The notes beneath the pieces are model-generated. The model was not told the DNA's origin, searched no databases, and worked only from the letters and a program-made list of their open reading frames with translations. Below are positions 12,700-25,349 of a stretch of 64,000 nucleotides of DNA, in pieces. The stretch lies in assembly GCA_015680685.1 (NCBI GenBank), contig MNCI01002737.1, forward strand, positions 128,078 through 192,077. Reading direction: 5' to 3'. Position 1 is the stretch's first letter; every line of letters starts with the position of its first letter. The DNA comes from Gnetum montanum (lineage: Eukaryota; Plantae; Gnetophyta). Both the position numbers and the translations under genes were made by a program.

Positions 12700-15600
12700 A
12701 TGTCTCCACACCACCCATAACATCGTAGTCGCCTTTTCACCACCATTTGATTAGACTAGTAGAGCTAGCCCAACTCCCCGCCAAGTGGCCAACATGTAAG
12801 CACATTGGTATAGCAAATGATTAATGGTTACATCCACCACCATGCATAACGAGCATTAGGGGTCAATGTCCAAACCTCTCTCCCTTAGGAATCCCCTTAC
12901 CGACAACACCCTATGCGCAATGAGCCACACGAACACCTTAATTTTCTTAGGTAACCTACCCTACCATATGGCCCTCCAGCCAATAATTAGCATGTACCTA
13001 TTTTGTATTATTTCTCTGGGTGCTTTGCCCAACAGTCCACACTCTCTCATCTAAGTGGCATGCTTACATAGCTCCACCTAGAACCGTGGGCCCCTTGACC
13101 CAACCTCCCACAACTGGTAGTTCCGCCTCACAATGTTGATCCACTGCTCATGTCACTCCCCTTGCTCCATCAGCCGATTGGCCAACCTCTGCAGCCACAA
13201 CAAAACTTCGTCATTAAAGGTCAGCAACCCAATTTCCCCAACATTCTTGGCTCTTGCTGTTTTTTCCCAACAAACAAGGTGGAGCTTCTCTCCTCCCTTA
13301 CCCCCCTAACCAAACAAAATGCTAGAGGATCTGGTCAATTTTTTGGATTACCCCCATTGGAGGACACACCGTGGAAGCCGTAAACCTTGCCATTGCCATC
13401 AACATAGACAAAGCTAAAAGAATTTTACCCTTTCTAGACAAAAAGCAATTAGTCCAATGTGCAGTCTTCCTTTCTAATTTCTAAACCAAAGCATTCCATG
13501 TTGGCCTCCTATTGCATTCAAACATTGACATCCCAAGATAGGAATCATGCAACATCCCTGGCAAGATACCCAACGTTTGGCAAATCCTACTCTTCACCTA
13601 CACTTATGTATTGACTAGGTGCAATGCCAACTTTGCCTTATTGACTTCCAACCCTAGCTCAATCTCCATCCACACTAGCACGTTTTAGAGCACCACTGCT
13701 TGAGGCATAGTTGCACGAGAAAAGACGATTGTGTCATCTACGTAGTGCTTTGCAATGCAATGCACCCCAACCACCATCACCACAAAAGCCATCCAACTCG
13801 TAGTACCCTTGCAACAAGTCCATCATCAGAATGAAGAACAAGGGTGATAGTAGGTCTCCCTAACGCAGCCCCCTTCTAGGTGCCTCAAAACCCTAAAGTT
13901 TGCCCTCAATATCAAACAAATATCTTACTAATGCCTAAATTTGAAGGCAACAATTCACAAATTCTAATGTAAATCCTTTTCACAGCATGATTGCCTACAG
14001 CACCTGCCCACTTACCGTATCATAAGCTTTCTTGATATCAAGCTTCACACACATCCCATGGAAGCCTGAAATCCAAAACAAATGTAGGATTTCCTATAAA
14101 AAGGATCACCTGATCCTATAGTAAATGGCCCTTTACAAATCTCACCTTATTTTCCATTACCAACTAAGGCATCAGTGGTGTTGGCGGTTGCACCAGCATC
14201 TTATTGAAAAGCTAGATAAAGGTATTACAAATTCCTATTGGTCGAAAATGCACTGGTAGAGATGGCATCTACATTTTTGGCACCAGAACAATCCGTGAAC
14301 AATTGATCTCCCAATGTACCTCCTACCATCCTAGCATACAGTTAAAAGCATCCAAAAAAATTTTGTTGATTATATCTATGAACTCCCTAAAGAATTTGAT
14401 GGGCCACCCATCAAGCCATGGCGTCTTGTTAGTCTTCATTGTGCCCATCGTTGTCTCCAGTTCCTGCAAAGTGAAAGGTATAAGTAGTGCATGATTTTCA
14501 ACAGTTCCAATAACCCGCTAAATCGGCACTGATAAAGGAGTAGTCTCTTTTCTACTACAAATATTATCCCAATACTATTGCACCAGCTTGGCAATCTTCT
14601 TCCCATCATTCGTAGCAACCCCTTCATGTAATAGTTGGAGTTTGTTTTTCTCCTACCCTCATTCCTTGGCCGACACAAATAAGAACCACATGTTTTTGCC
14701 CCCCTCCCTAAGCCAAGTGATTCTAGCTTGTTGCCTCCAGTAAACCTCCTCCTCCAACACTAGAGCCTGCAAATCCCTTAGCAATGTTTGTTCCTTTGCC
14801 GCCAGATCTTCTCTATGCTGCTACCTCGTCTAAACTTCTGTCAATCGTTGGAGCAACTGAGTATAGTAGGCACGAAAATCATATTTATCCACCACAGCCC
14901 TATCCTTAATCTACATCTTGAGCGTTTGCAATTCATGTTTTAGGAAATTTCTAGGCTCCTTCCCTTGAGAGTAATTTCACCAAATGTCCTACACAAGTGG
15001 TCTCAGCCATGGCTTAGTAAGCCACGTACATTTGAACCTAAATGGTCTAGAAGCCACCCCCTGGTTGTCCCACAAGTGGCACAAGATTGAGCTATGGTCG
15101 AAAGCCTACCTCTCTTTGCCTGTCACATGAATATCAAGACTAAGTACTAACCTCATACTTACCCACACATGATCAATCCGTGACTACATGCAATCTTTAC
15201 CTTTCCACCTGTTGCTCTACGTGAATCTACATCCATCCACCTCCATGTCCACTAGGTTATGCTCTTGAAGAAACTCCAATGATTCTTGGCTTCCCAAAGG
15301 AATAGTGCCCTCTCCTTCGATCTTTTCCCAAAGGAATCTCCTTCGATTCTTGGCTTCCCAAAGGAATAGAGACGCTAATTAAATTCCCCTATCAAAATCC
15401 AACCCTTTTTGTCTAGCACTATCGATGCAACACATTGTAATTCATGTAACTAGACCTCCCTATTCTATGCACCATACACATTTGTAAGCCAAAATTTTGC
15501 CTGGACCATATGGACCATTTGGCTCCAAGGAGACTCATCCACCACCACTACCAATGGTGTCCAAGACATAATGGTAAGCCCATCAACCTTGCCTCTGCAA

Positions 15601-15773
15601 GGCACCAACTACAACATCCAACCATTCCATTGTAGCAAACCAAATTCCGACTAGTGTAGCTTTGTCTCTTGTAAGCAGACAACTTCACATCCTTCACGCC
15701 GAACAATCTCCTTCAAGGTATTTCTTTTGCAGGGTGTACCCTAGCTTCTACAATTCCAGGATAATATCTTCAT
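12700..15773 (-). pseudogene. L1 ORF2 (AP endonuclease, reverse transcriptase, zf-RVT)
   Basis: Starts MKILSWNCR at 15773. xDH endonuclease end near 15095. RT motifs KLDIKKAYDTVS (about 14045), GLR*GDLLSPLFF (about 13870), HYVDDT (about 13745). zf-RVT WRAIW.GRLPKKIKVFVW...CSLC...INHLLYQC (about 12980-12780). Confidence 0.9.
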
Positions 15774-15789
15774 GGACAACCCGATGACC

Positions 15790-16950
15790 ATTTTTTGAAG
15801 ACCTCCCGCAAGGTCTTCTGAATCCCCAAGTCGATTTCCATTTGTGTCTATTTTCCTCTCACAACAGGTGTACTAGGATGCCCAACCTTTTCCCCTACCC
15901 CAGGTGATGCCAAAATAGTCCCCCCCCCCCAACCGCAACACCGATAGTGCAGTAGCTGGGTGCAACAATTTCAAACACTGGAGGTTTGGAAGACCCCTTG
16001 ACTACCAACACCCAACTCCCTAGAGGCAAGAGTTCCTGATCTAGCAATTCCAGCTATTTAGTGCTCCCTTACAACGTACAAGGGGACTACATGGGTGAGG
16101 CTCCACCCACAGGTTCCTAGTGTCATATCTCCTTAGCCACTAGCTTTGTGGGCTCTAGAACAAGATGCCCCTTCTATATTTGAAACCACCCTATCTCATT
16201 TGCTAGTTTTTCCTTAGGTTTTGCCATGATTTTGGCTTTCCTCTGAACTTTGCAGTTGGTAACCTAATGGCCTAGCTTTCAACCCATAAGTGGGTTCTCC
16301 AAGATTCTCATATTCTATCTGGATCTTCTCCTCATCGTCTAGAAAATTCAAGATCACTTCTCTTACCAAGTCGTTCAACGAGGGCGGCCTCCAAATGCAT
16401 AAACGCATGGAGCCCATCCTCGTCATGGAACTAGTAAATCGGTCAAGGGTAATGAAGTCACCAAAGAACCCTGCCAACGCTTTGAGAAAATCCAACATCC
16501 ACATCTCCCATGGGATCCCCAATGCCCTAATCCACACCAACACCTGGGCAAACAGGTCTTCTTCCTTGTGTGCACCCAACCTCCACCGTGTCAAAGCAAG
16601 ACCATGCACTCCATAAAACCAAGGTCCCTCGGCCAAAACCTGGTCACATTACTCAACAGATCAGTATATAAACAACAATAGATCCCCTAACATGCAACAA
16701 ACCCCAAAATCCCCCACTTTCTACGTGGTTTGTGCCCACTTTGCAACTAGATCCAACCTGGGCCTTACTCAACTAGACACAAATTTTTCAATGAGGCTTT
16801 GTTCCATTGTTTTCAGCCACTCTTCAGAACAGCTGCGCACCCAAAGCCTCATACTACCTTCCTACCGGGAGCAGGCCTCTATGCCCCCCGCTCTCAGCCT
16901 CCAACCCATCTCAGCAAGTGCACCCATCCCTAGGTCATCCCCCAAACTCC
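15790..16950 (-). pseudogene. L1 ORF1 (DUF4283 nucleic-acid-binding protein)
   Basis: VLAEGPWFYGVHGLALTRW...VWIRALGIPWEMW...LKALAGFFG...D..T is the typical plant L1 ORF1 motif set. Ends approximate. Confidence 0.85.
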
Positions 16951-17002
16951 AAATCAAATCATCAACACTACCTAGCCTCCCTTGCCCTCCTGCTCCTATA
17001 TT

Positions 17003-17203
17003 CCTGCACCCTGTGACTCCATCTCCCGCTCTTGTGTCTATGCTCATGCCCCCACCAATGTCTCCACCTGCACCCTACGACTCCATCTCCTGCTTCCACA
17101 CCCATGCTCATTCCCCCATCAACGTTTTTGCCTGCAACCTACGACTCCATCTCCCTCTCCCATGCTTGTGCTCATGCCCCCACCAACATCTTTGCCCGCA
17201 CCC
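17003..17203 (-). repeat. Three tandem 64-bp monomers at the L1 5' end
   Basis: CCTGCA(C/A)CCT..GACTCCATCTCC...GCTCAT.CCCC.A.CAA units start at 17003, 17067, 17131, with a partial copy at 17195. Confidence 0.85.
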
Positions 17204-17833
17204 ATGCCAGCACATTCACCTGCTCCTACTTCCACTCCTACTCCCACTCCCGCTCCTTCCATTTCAAAATCACTATTACCACCAACTTGTGTGAACCTTT
17301 GATTAAATCACCAAAAAATCTACAATTATGCTCAAGATAATGTTTCTCATAATATCATATAAGATGCTTAGCAACTTTTGTAGAAGTTTTGGTTACAAGT
17401 TAAAATGAAGAATTTTTTAATAATTAAATTTTGAAGCACAAGGAACCAACCAGTACACCAAACATAGTTGTTGAGCTCAACAAATTTGATCTCTTTTATA
17501 TACATATAAAAGGCCTAATTACTATATTTTAAACAATTTTTTTAAATTTTCTAGTAGAACTATTGAACTTATGAAGCAGGGTTCCTTTAGGCCAATTTAA
17601 AAATTCAAGGATTCAATTTTGTTCAACAAAATTCAAGAATAATGTTATTTTACATGAATTAAATCATGATCCTAAAACAAGTCTAGAGTGAAACGTGACT
17701 TTTCTCATCTTTTCTGAGGTTGTGCAAAGTTAGTAAAATCAATAGAATCAATCTTATTCTCATGACTATGAGCATGGAAGAATGGATAAACTAAATGAAC
17801 GTGTCAAGAATAAGGAAGAATGACTTCTAGGAC

Positions 17834-17957
17834 AATGTTGCAATATAAGAAACCATGGTCATGATTCACCAATGATTCACCAATGATGGATAAAAGAAGA
17901 AAAGAATGTTGCAATATAAGAAACCATGGTCATGATTCATCAATGATGGATAAAAGA
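17834..17957. repeat. Local tandem duplication (period 71 bp)
   Basis: AATGTTGCAATATAAGAAACCATGGTCATGATTCA at 17834 and 17905. Confidence 0.85.
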
Positions 17958-19925
17958 GCAATGATAATGTAGATTCTTTACAATTTTACATGGAAATGCA
18001 TGAAGTATAATTTTTTGTAAGTTGATTACCACATGATAGATAAAGTTGGTTAAAAGGAAGATGAAGAGCAAGGTTCGTAGAAACCTAGTTTTAGATATGT
18101 GTATTACATCAAAGTTGCCTTTATGCTTTGACAAGTGAATTTTGCCCTGGGTATTTCACATTTCATCATTATTGACTTTTATCGTATTGCATTGGGTGAA
18201 CCACTCAATTAACAGTAATTTTTATGGCCAGTTGTTTACTTGACACCAACCTGAACCCATTTTTGTACCATGTCCTCAGTTCACTGTACTTCATACTTCT
18301 ATATGTGTACAATTCATTATTCTTATTAATCATTTCTTTTGCCTTACTGTACTTATATCGTTCATAAACCAATGCATGCTAAGCTTCTTCTGCTGATTTT
18401 AAAAATTCCGCTCACTGCAGTAAGACAGTAATTTTTCTAAATCCCATTAATAATTATCAATGCATTCATTCAGCCTTTTGTTAATTGGCGGTACATATAT
18501 GGCATAAGGTTACCACGTTTCTTAGATATAGGTTGAACTAATATAGCGTTTTCCCTTAAAATAGCATATCTGGGAAGAGTTCCCACTCTCTGCAAGGAAC
18601 TAATGCCCTCAAAACGATAGAGTAATCTATTATCCAAGATTAAAGATGAATCTGAAAAGGATATGAATCTCTCCGCTAAAATAATTGATGGAGACGATTG
18701 ATTTTCAAAACAGATAATAAGATAATTCAAACAGTGGAACCCGAGTTACAGAACACAGTTGTTAAAAAAAAAAATTTACTGACCCCGTCTCTGAGTGATA
18801 CCAAGGGATCCGGAACCAGAAGTATGGCCAGAGCCAGAGCAGCAGCTCTGCTGGTCTACAGCACAACCCAAACCATTCTTCTAAAACTCCTCTACGACGA
18901 ACTCCATCAGATGTTGTGCTGGAAAGCACAGACCCGGAGGCATTCAAAACATCAAATAGTTAATAACCAACCATGGAATGGTCAGAATGCTTGGGTTTAA
19001 AATTAGAAAGTAATATGTTTTAATCGTGTTCAAGTACCGTTAGTCACTGCAACTCAACTACCTCTGAAACATATTTATTCTCTCTTTAATCTCTGACAAA
19101 TCAATGGCAACTAATCATGAATTTACTGAGAAAGACAAGATGCAAGGTGTATATATATGGTTTTTTAAAAAATCAAACCCATCGAACCTAATAATCCTTC
19201 CCTGTAATCAAACTGAAACTAAATCCAAACCTGAATCCTTTCGACCTGAGAAGTATATAATGACTATGAAATGTTTCATTACCCAAGGTATAAACTTTAT
19301 ACCTTCAATTTCTACTAAAAATTACAAAAAATACAGGGAAACAGAAATCTAGTCCCAAATCCAATAAACATTAATCCCTCTCCTTCAATTTCTATTCCAT
19401 TACAAACCCAACCCAGTTTTATTCTCGAATTCCGAATAGTCTTAACTCTTAATTGATCGTGTAGCCCACAAATCCAAAGTTTCTAATCATACCAATTATG
19501 ATCATGTAGATGACCAGGACTGCCACCGTTTTGAGAATGATAAAAGTTTGCAGGCATACCCTGCCAGGGGGGCTAATGGCCTCTCCGCTGTAAGATTGTA
19601 CCTTAGCTCTATCGCTGAATCGGGAAGAAACTCAATGGAGAAATACGTCAGAACCACAAGAAACAAAAACCCAAAAGGCAGAGCCTTGGCCCCTGCACAT
19701 GGGCATAAGGGCATAAGGGCAGGAGATGCAATGGTTGAGTAAATGGAATATTTTTTAAAGCTCACTATTTATCACCTACTATTTCAATCATGTATCAAAA
19801 TGTTATTAGCAAGCTTCGTAACTTCTCATTATCTTATAATGGAAGGTGGAAAATGAATTCAACTCTGTCAAGAGGAGGGCATTGATTGATTGTGCAGCTG
19901 AGGAGCCCTTGAAGATGAGAGCTTG

Positions 19926-19979
19926 CTTTTTCTTTTTCTTTTCTTTTTCTTTTTCTTTTTCTTTTTCTTTTTCTTTTCT
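19926..19979. repeat. (CTTTTT)n microsatellite
   Basis: Directly visible pyrimidine repeat. Confidence 0.9.
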
Positions 19980-22900
19980 GTTATAATGTTACTCCCAAAA
20001 ACTTGCATTATTTATTTTTGCTAGCCTACTGGTGTTTGATAAATTTACAGAGTCTATCTTTATTTTCCATAAAAATGTAATATCTATCCAATGGATCCTT
20101 TGGGTCTATAGATAGTAAAGCTTCATTTTTAACTTTTTCATTTTCAAATATGTAAGGGCACATAAAAGTACCTTATTCGGTTGGATGATATTGGCGTTCA
20201 CTTAGAATTTTACCCACAATTTACTCATTCTCTCTCAAAAAGGTGAAAGCAGGTTCAAAAAGAATAAAATTATTACCTATAGCTACTGTGCTCATTCATC
20301 TAAGTGGAGATGTGAGAGGGTTGGTAGATAAGTGAAAACCTAACCTCTTTGAGTGGATATGGGTTCATAAATGAGCTAACAGTTAAACCGATTCTACAAT
20401 TTGAGAAATAAACACCCTACTACTATCAAATGATGACTCTCATAAAACATCACAGTGAACTCCAGAAATCAAAAGAGGCAGAAAATTAATAAGGTAATAA
20501 GTTAGTGCTAGAGACTTGCCCGCCCTTATGCTCTCAACCCGCATCCTCCGTTAGCATGCTTGACCAAGCATTTTTGCGCATCAATTCGCGCTTTCACCGC
20601 ACAAAGATTTTCCAGCGTGTCATGTGCAGTCTCGCCAAAACGGAAGATTCTGTGTCGCCGTAAACGGCCAATTTTGGATCACTAGCGCCTGTTTGTGCAT
20701 CATTATCTGCTCTATTTTCTATGAACAGCAGAGTCTCCGTGGGCGCTATTAATGACTGTAAGTTCAGTTCAGTTCTTCTCTGCACTGATTGCGCCACAGG
20801 ATTTCTTCGATCACAGGCCTTCAATTCTGCGTTTCCTTGATTCCGGGTGCAAAATCATCTTACAATCCAATGTTTAAAAATTAAATAAATTACAGCAAAC
20901 CATCAACATCTTCTCAAATTCTCGACTTATATATCTACTGATTCGGGTCTTCCCACATGGTTAAACTAAAAAATTCTAGGCGTTCATGAAAACGAAAATT
21001 CAGAATGCTACCAACCAAAACTATTCTTTGGTTGCTTCGTTTCAATCATGGGATTGAGGAGATCTTAGATTATAGCCTCATGTTTAGCTTTATAATAAGT
21101 GATTCAACGATTAACACAACAATGGTGTACGAAAGGGTGGGTTTTGCGTTTTATAAAATGCATATTATGTATAATTTTAAGCTATATAATGCAAGGGTAG
21201 ATTCACAACAAACAAAAATTATTCAATAGCAACATAATGTTGGTAGTTTAGGCATTATTGAAAATCACAACTAGATACAACATTTTGCAAATGACACTAT
21301 TAATAACATGGGTCACACCTATTCAAATGGACAAAAATTTTTGATCTTCTCATTTGTAATGGGCTTGCTAGATTTCCTCAATCTTTATTAGTTACTTTCA
21401 TAGGTCCTCAACGTAACTCTTATGAAGATATTGAATTTATTAAGAAGTAAAAGTTGGAGAAGATGTACATCATCATGTAGAGTTTTTGTTGCAAATTTAA
21501 ATAATTTCTTGGACAACAAAAAATAAGAATAAAAGAAAATTCAGTGTAGAGTCACCCTAGAAGTCAAAGAAAAATATATGGATGCAACACATAACAAATG
21601 GACTCTTGAAAAGTAGCATAAGGAGCTTGAACGAATTTTTCTTATAATAGTTAAGCAAGTTGTGCATTCATAATATTAAAGTGCTTAGAAGACTTGGTTT
21701 AATGAAGATTGCATGTAGGGTAGATAGAATATTAAAAATGCAAATAAGAGTCATAGACAATGTTTGTTAGATTATACTCCTAAGTTAAGATAGAAACATT
21801 AGTTTCTTAACTTAACATAATAGCAATTACAGAAGAGGTCATGATGATTCGTTAAGAATCATAACTCCTCATGAAGGATGAGAGAACACAGGTCCTTAAT
21901 TCATAATATATAATGATGTCAACATAAATGGATGAATGAATTAAGAATAACAAGATGGCAAAATGCATAAGAAAGAGCAAGCATGTAAGGTCAAGTAAGA
22001 TAAGTAAATAACATTGGAACAATAACTATGAGCAATATCCATAAACCACAAGATACAATCATTAGTGATTCATGAAATTACATAGAAGAAAATGCCCTAC
22101 ATCATAAAAGCAAACAAGAGCAGCAAAAACTTATCAATTATGAAGAATTGATAAACAAGTGTTGCGAAAGACATGTATGATCTCTGTAGCATTGGATCTA
22201 GTTTTATAAAGAGAAAAAGAAGGTCCAAGTTGTGCCATACATAGCTTGGTCCTATTTTTTAAATAAGAAGATAATGTCATCCATATGTTTATAATAGAAA
22301 AGAAAGGGAAAAAAAGTACAACTTACAAAGAAGTATTTCGTAAAGCCCAATGAAGCTAGGTGAGGAGTGGCTTAGCAAAGCTAAGGAAGAAGTAAAGTGA
22401 AAAAGCCTTAACAAAGTAAAATGTAAGACTACGATAAGTTCATATACAAAAGTTCATAATACAATGAGTTATGAATAATAGTCATAAGTATATTATTAGC
22501 TTATGTTGAAGAAGCAAATATGATTTAAAAGAAGATGCACTACTAGAGAAAGAGCAACATCATTGAAGCACAAAAGATTTTATGAATTTAGCATAGCCAA
22601 ATCTAGAATTATAGCAAGCCCAAAGATGATGATTATGACTTATCAAAGTACTAAGTTATAAAATCAGTACAATGCAACTTTGTTCATCGTAAGAGATTCA
22701 TAAGTAGTAATTTAGTAAGACTTACGATAGTCAACTACAAAAAATTATAAAGAGCAGTTGTGAAGAGAGTTACAATTTTATAATTCCACAATGTTACTTC
22801 CTAGAGAATCCTAAAGAAAACTTGAAGAATGGAATTCACAACAACAATGGTTATAAATGAATGTTATGAATTACAAATGTTATAAAAATATTATGAAAAG

Positions 22901-23432
22901 TGCATCTCCCTATAAAAGATCATGAGGTGACAACATTGTGTTACGAAAAACAATCCAGGAAAATTCTAACAAGGTTAAGGTATATAAATGCTTGATTACA
23001 ACAAAGAAAAGTAAATTTATCAAGCAGTAGCAATAAAATTTGGCTGCCAGTATTGCTGATAACCATGTCGACTGGAGGCGGTGGTGCGTGGAATGCCCAG
23101 GCGGAGGTGTCCCAGCCGTCGGTGCTATACATGGTTTGCATGGAGACCTCCCCGTGGCGTGGCGTGGTCGGCGACGGTGATATTGAGTCGTTCTGCCTGC
23201 ACGTACATCCTTGCTGATAGCCTCTTCCTGTGACTTGCACCATGGATACTTGAAAAATGGCAAAGCCAAAGATGAAACAAGGAGGTGAAATAAGTTGCTG
23301 CAGCACCGATGTGCACTCAAGCGCCTCTACGATGCTGCAGAAACAATTTATGTATGCCAATACCTTTGGACATGGGGTGTTCTGTAAATGAAGATGAGCT
23401 TATAAAGAAATTACAAATTACGAAGATGAGAT

Positions 23433-25349
23433 TCAAGGAGACCGTATGGTATTGTTGCAGGGATAGCAAGCTTCTTGTGCAATATCAGAGATCTGAATGC
23501 CAGAGTCATAAACCATTCCAGCCTTCCATTCCAAAGGCAGCACTGTCTTCCTAGCCCAAACCCACTTTCCATCATATCCACCAATCACAACAAACCTAAA
23601 TTGCAAATTTTCACTTGGTGGGTTATGTATATCCCGTACTGAACCGTAATTCCTGCTCAAGAAGCGCCAGTGTGAAGTTCCCACCTACTCGATAATGCCA
23701 TCAAAACAAAATCAAGTTATTAAAACATTGATGAGACGCGGTTTGCGTCGGCCGCGATATCGCAATCAGCCGCAATTTCTATAAATAAGAGGCGGCTCTC
23801 CCTCATTTGAAATCTCAGTTTTAGTGTAGCGAAGCTCTGGCAGTTTGATCCCTCCAGAGTTAGAATTTTTCCCGTGTCTGCCCGCAGTGTGGTGAATGTA
23901 ATTGTACGGTGTCTTNNNNNNNNNNNNNNNNNNNNNNNNNNNNNNNNNNNNNNNNNNNNNNNNNNNNNNNNNNNNNNNNNNNNNNNNNNNNNNNNNNNNN
24001 NNNNNNNNNNNNNNNNNNNNNNNNNNNNNNNNNNNNGAGCATTTAAGTGTGACTGCTTGGTAGCCCAGTGGTGTAGCTAGGGGGATCTACGCTTGGTAAC
24101 CCAGTGGCGTATTTGGGGTCTGCGCTTGGTAATCCCAGTGGCGTACCTAGGCCTATGCTTGGTACTCCCAGTGGCAGTCGTGCACGAGGTCCAAGATGTG
24201 TACGGTTGATCAAGGAATCGGTTGCTTATCACACTTAGGCCAGATTAGATTTCTTACCATTTTCCTCTTAGCTTAGATTAGTTAATGTTATTTTTTTCAT
24301 TGCCATCAGGAGTAGCATTAGAATTAGAACACATCATACACATCATCTAGACTAAACCATATGTGACATATGCAAAACTAGTCTAGATGGGAAGACAGCG
24401 AACTGCGACCTAAGGATAACTATCTAGATGCTACAACTAGTCCATCTGCGGAGTTCGACCGGATCACGCGTGCGACGCTCGGGGCACCTCGCCACTCATC
24501 AAACATAATTGATGTTTTCTTTTAGCTCTTGCATTCAAAAATACCTGAGTAGTATCCACTTCAACAATATTTGTTTGCCCTCCTTGATTGAGGAATTGAA
24601 CAGCCAAATAGTATGGATATTGACTGATGCTTACCACCTTCACCTTTATGGTTTCCTTCCCATAATCATATGGAATCCTACCCACAAACATCCAAAATTC
24701 ATCTTGTCAATTAAGATTTACGGAGATCCAAAATTAATAGTGGGTTCTGTTTCTATGTTTATAAAACTACCTTGCACATTCAATATCAATAATGCCCTGC
24801 TTTAGAACTGTGGTTCTTTTCCAGGGACTGCTAGGCTTGAAAATGTATGAGCATTAACCACAAAATCTGTTTGGTTGTTTTGAGTAAGATCTGCGAACAC
24901 TATTTTGGCACCTTTTCTTATGTAGAGATGTGGGTTCTTGTATCTTATCTGAATTTCAGCTTTGTTAGATAAAAACTTTTCTGTAATCCTCACAATTTGG
25001 AAGCATGTAAAGAAGAAGAAAATAGAAAACATTGTCTGATAACATGCCCCACACCCAGCAACATATCGGTAGATGCTAGAAACAGCAGCAGCAACATTCC
25101 CTGAATAAAGCCTTGATGCATATGATCCATACCCGCAAGCTCGCCCTGGAATAAATTCAAATCAAATTTCATAACTTTCTAGACATGTGAAGCATAACGA
25201 GCACAAAAGACTGAAAATTTTCTTACCATTGATGGCCCCTGAATAGGAGTAATAGGTCAACTTGGATTGGCGAACACATTATCGCAGCCCAGAGCACAGC
25301 CCAAGAAACAAACCAATAAAACAAAACAAATTTTAAATACGCTCTCCAT
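23433..25349 (-). pseudogene. EXLA: Expansin-like A pseudogene, 5 exons
   Basis: Signal peptide then CD.CVRQSK..YY; GRACGYGSYA...GCGACYQ; DLTQNNQTDFVV...LKQGIIDIE; YLAVQFLNQGGQTNIVEVD; HWRFLSRNYG...LQFRFVVIGGYDGKWVW...VLPLEWKAGMVYDSGIQISDIAQEACYPC. Lesions: frameshifts in exons 1 and 3, intron-2 donor reads AC, several Cys>Tyr changes. Confidence 0.92.
23729..24501 (+). mobile_element. Gypsy (Athila-related) solo LTR in EXLA intron 4; contains a 100-N gap
   Basis: Termini TGATGAG...CTCATCA; 5-bp TSD AACAT (23724-23728 and 24502-24506); TATAAATA near 23780. Its reverse complement shares blocks (AAACTGC.AGAGCTTCGCTACA) with the LTR at 50932-51852. The gap could hide more sequence. Confidence 0.85.

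Larger units (their letters stand above)
11197..17313 (-). mobile_element. L1-clade LINE, about 6.1 kb, apparently near full length, with three ORFs (all disrupted)
   Basis: 16-bp TSD AAAAATCTACAATTAT at 11181-11196 and 17314-17329. Short poly(A) (plus-strand T run ending 11203). ORF1 DUF4283; ORF2 APE-RT-zf-RVT motifs. Confidence 0.92.
9502..18180 (-). mobile_element. Old, highly degenerate non-LTR retrotransposon (APE-RT-CCHC) split by the younger L1 insertion
   Basis: APE start-like *NTQGK...FDVIHISKT at about 18160-18085. RT-like KFDDDL...YLG in ORF 10634..10834. C-terminal C-x2-C...EDELH...C zinc motif in ORF 9546..9782. The 3' end is AATAAA followed by (TTCAT)3 at 9524-9502. Confidence 0.6.

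Noticed and set aside
16692-17340. Plus-strand Pro/His-rich ORFs (200, 106, 102 aa) as an antisense L1 ORF0
   Set aside because: Explained by the C-rich antisense of the purine-rich L1 5' region and the 64-bp repeats; all three frames are open, which indicates composition rather than coding.
19549-19600. Minus-strand CCTGGCAGGGTATGCCTGC resembling the plant TPP riboswitch P4/P5
   Set aside because: Lacks the CTGAGA motif and the downstream AGGG needed to close P4/P1; no THIC gene nearby.
21200-22900. A-rich, purine-skewed stretch as an endogenous pararetrovirus or decayed gag
   Set aside because: Looks like decayed coding sequence, but no diagnostic motif could be read; needs a translated search.
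23860-24080. ORFs spanning N runs (also 56520..56705)
   Set aside because: Artefacts of assembly gaps.
24055-24180. Four ~33-bp GCTTGGTA.CCCAGTGG repeats as a CRISPR-like array
   Set aside because: Eukaryotic context, located inside an LTR, intervening parts are short and mutually similar, and there are no cas genes; an ordinary LTR tandem repeat.
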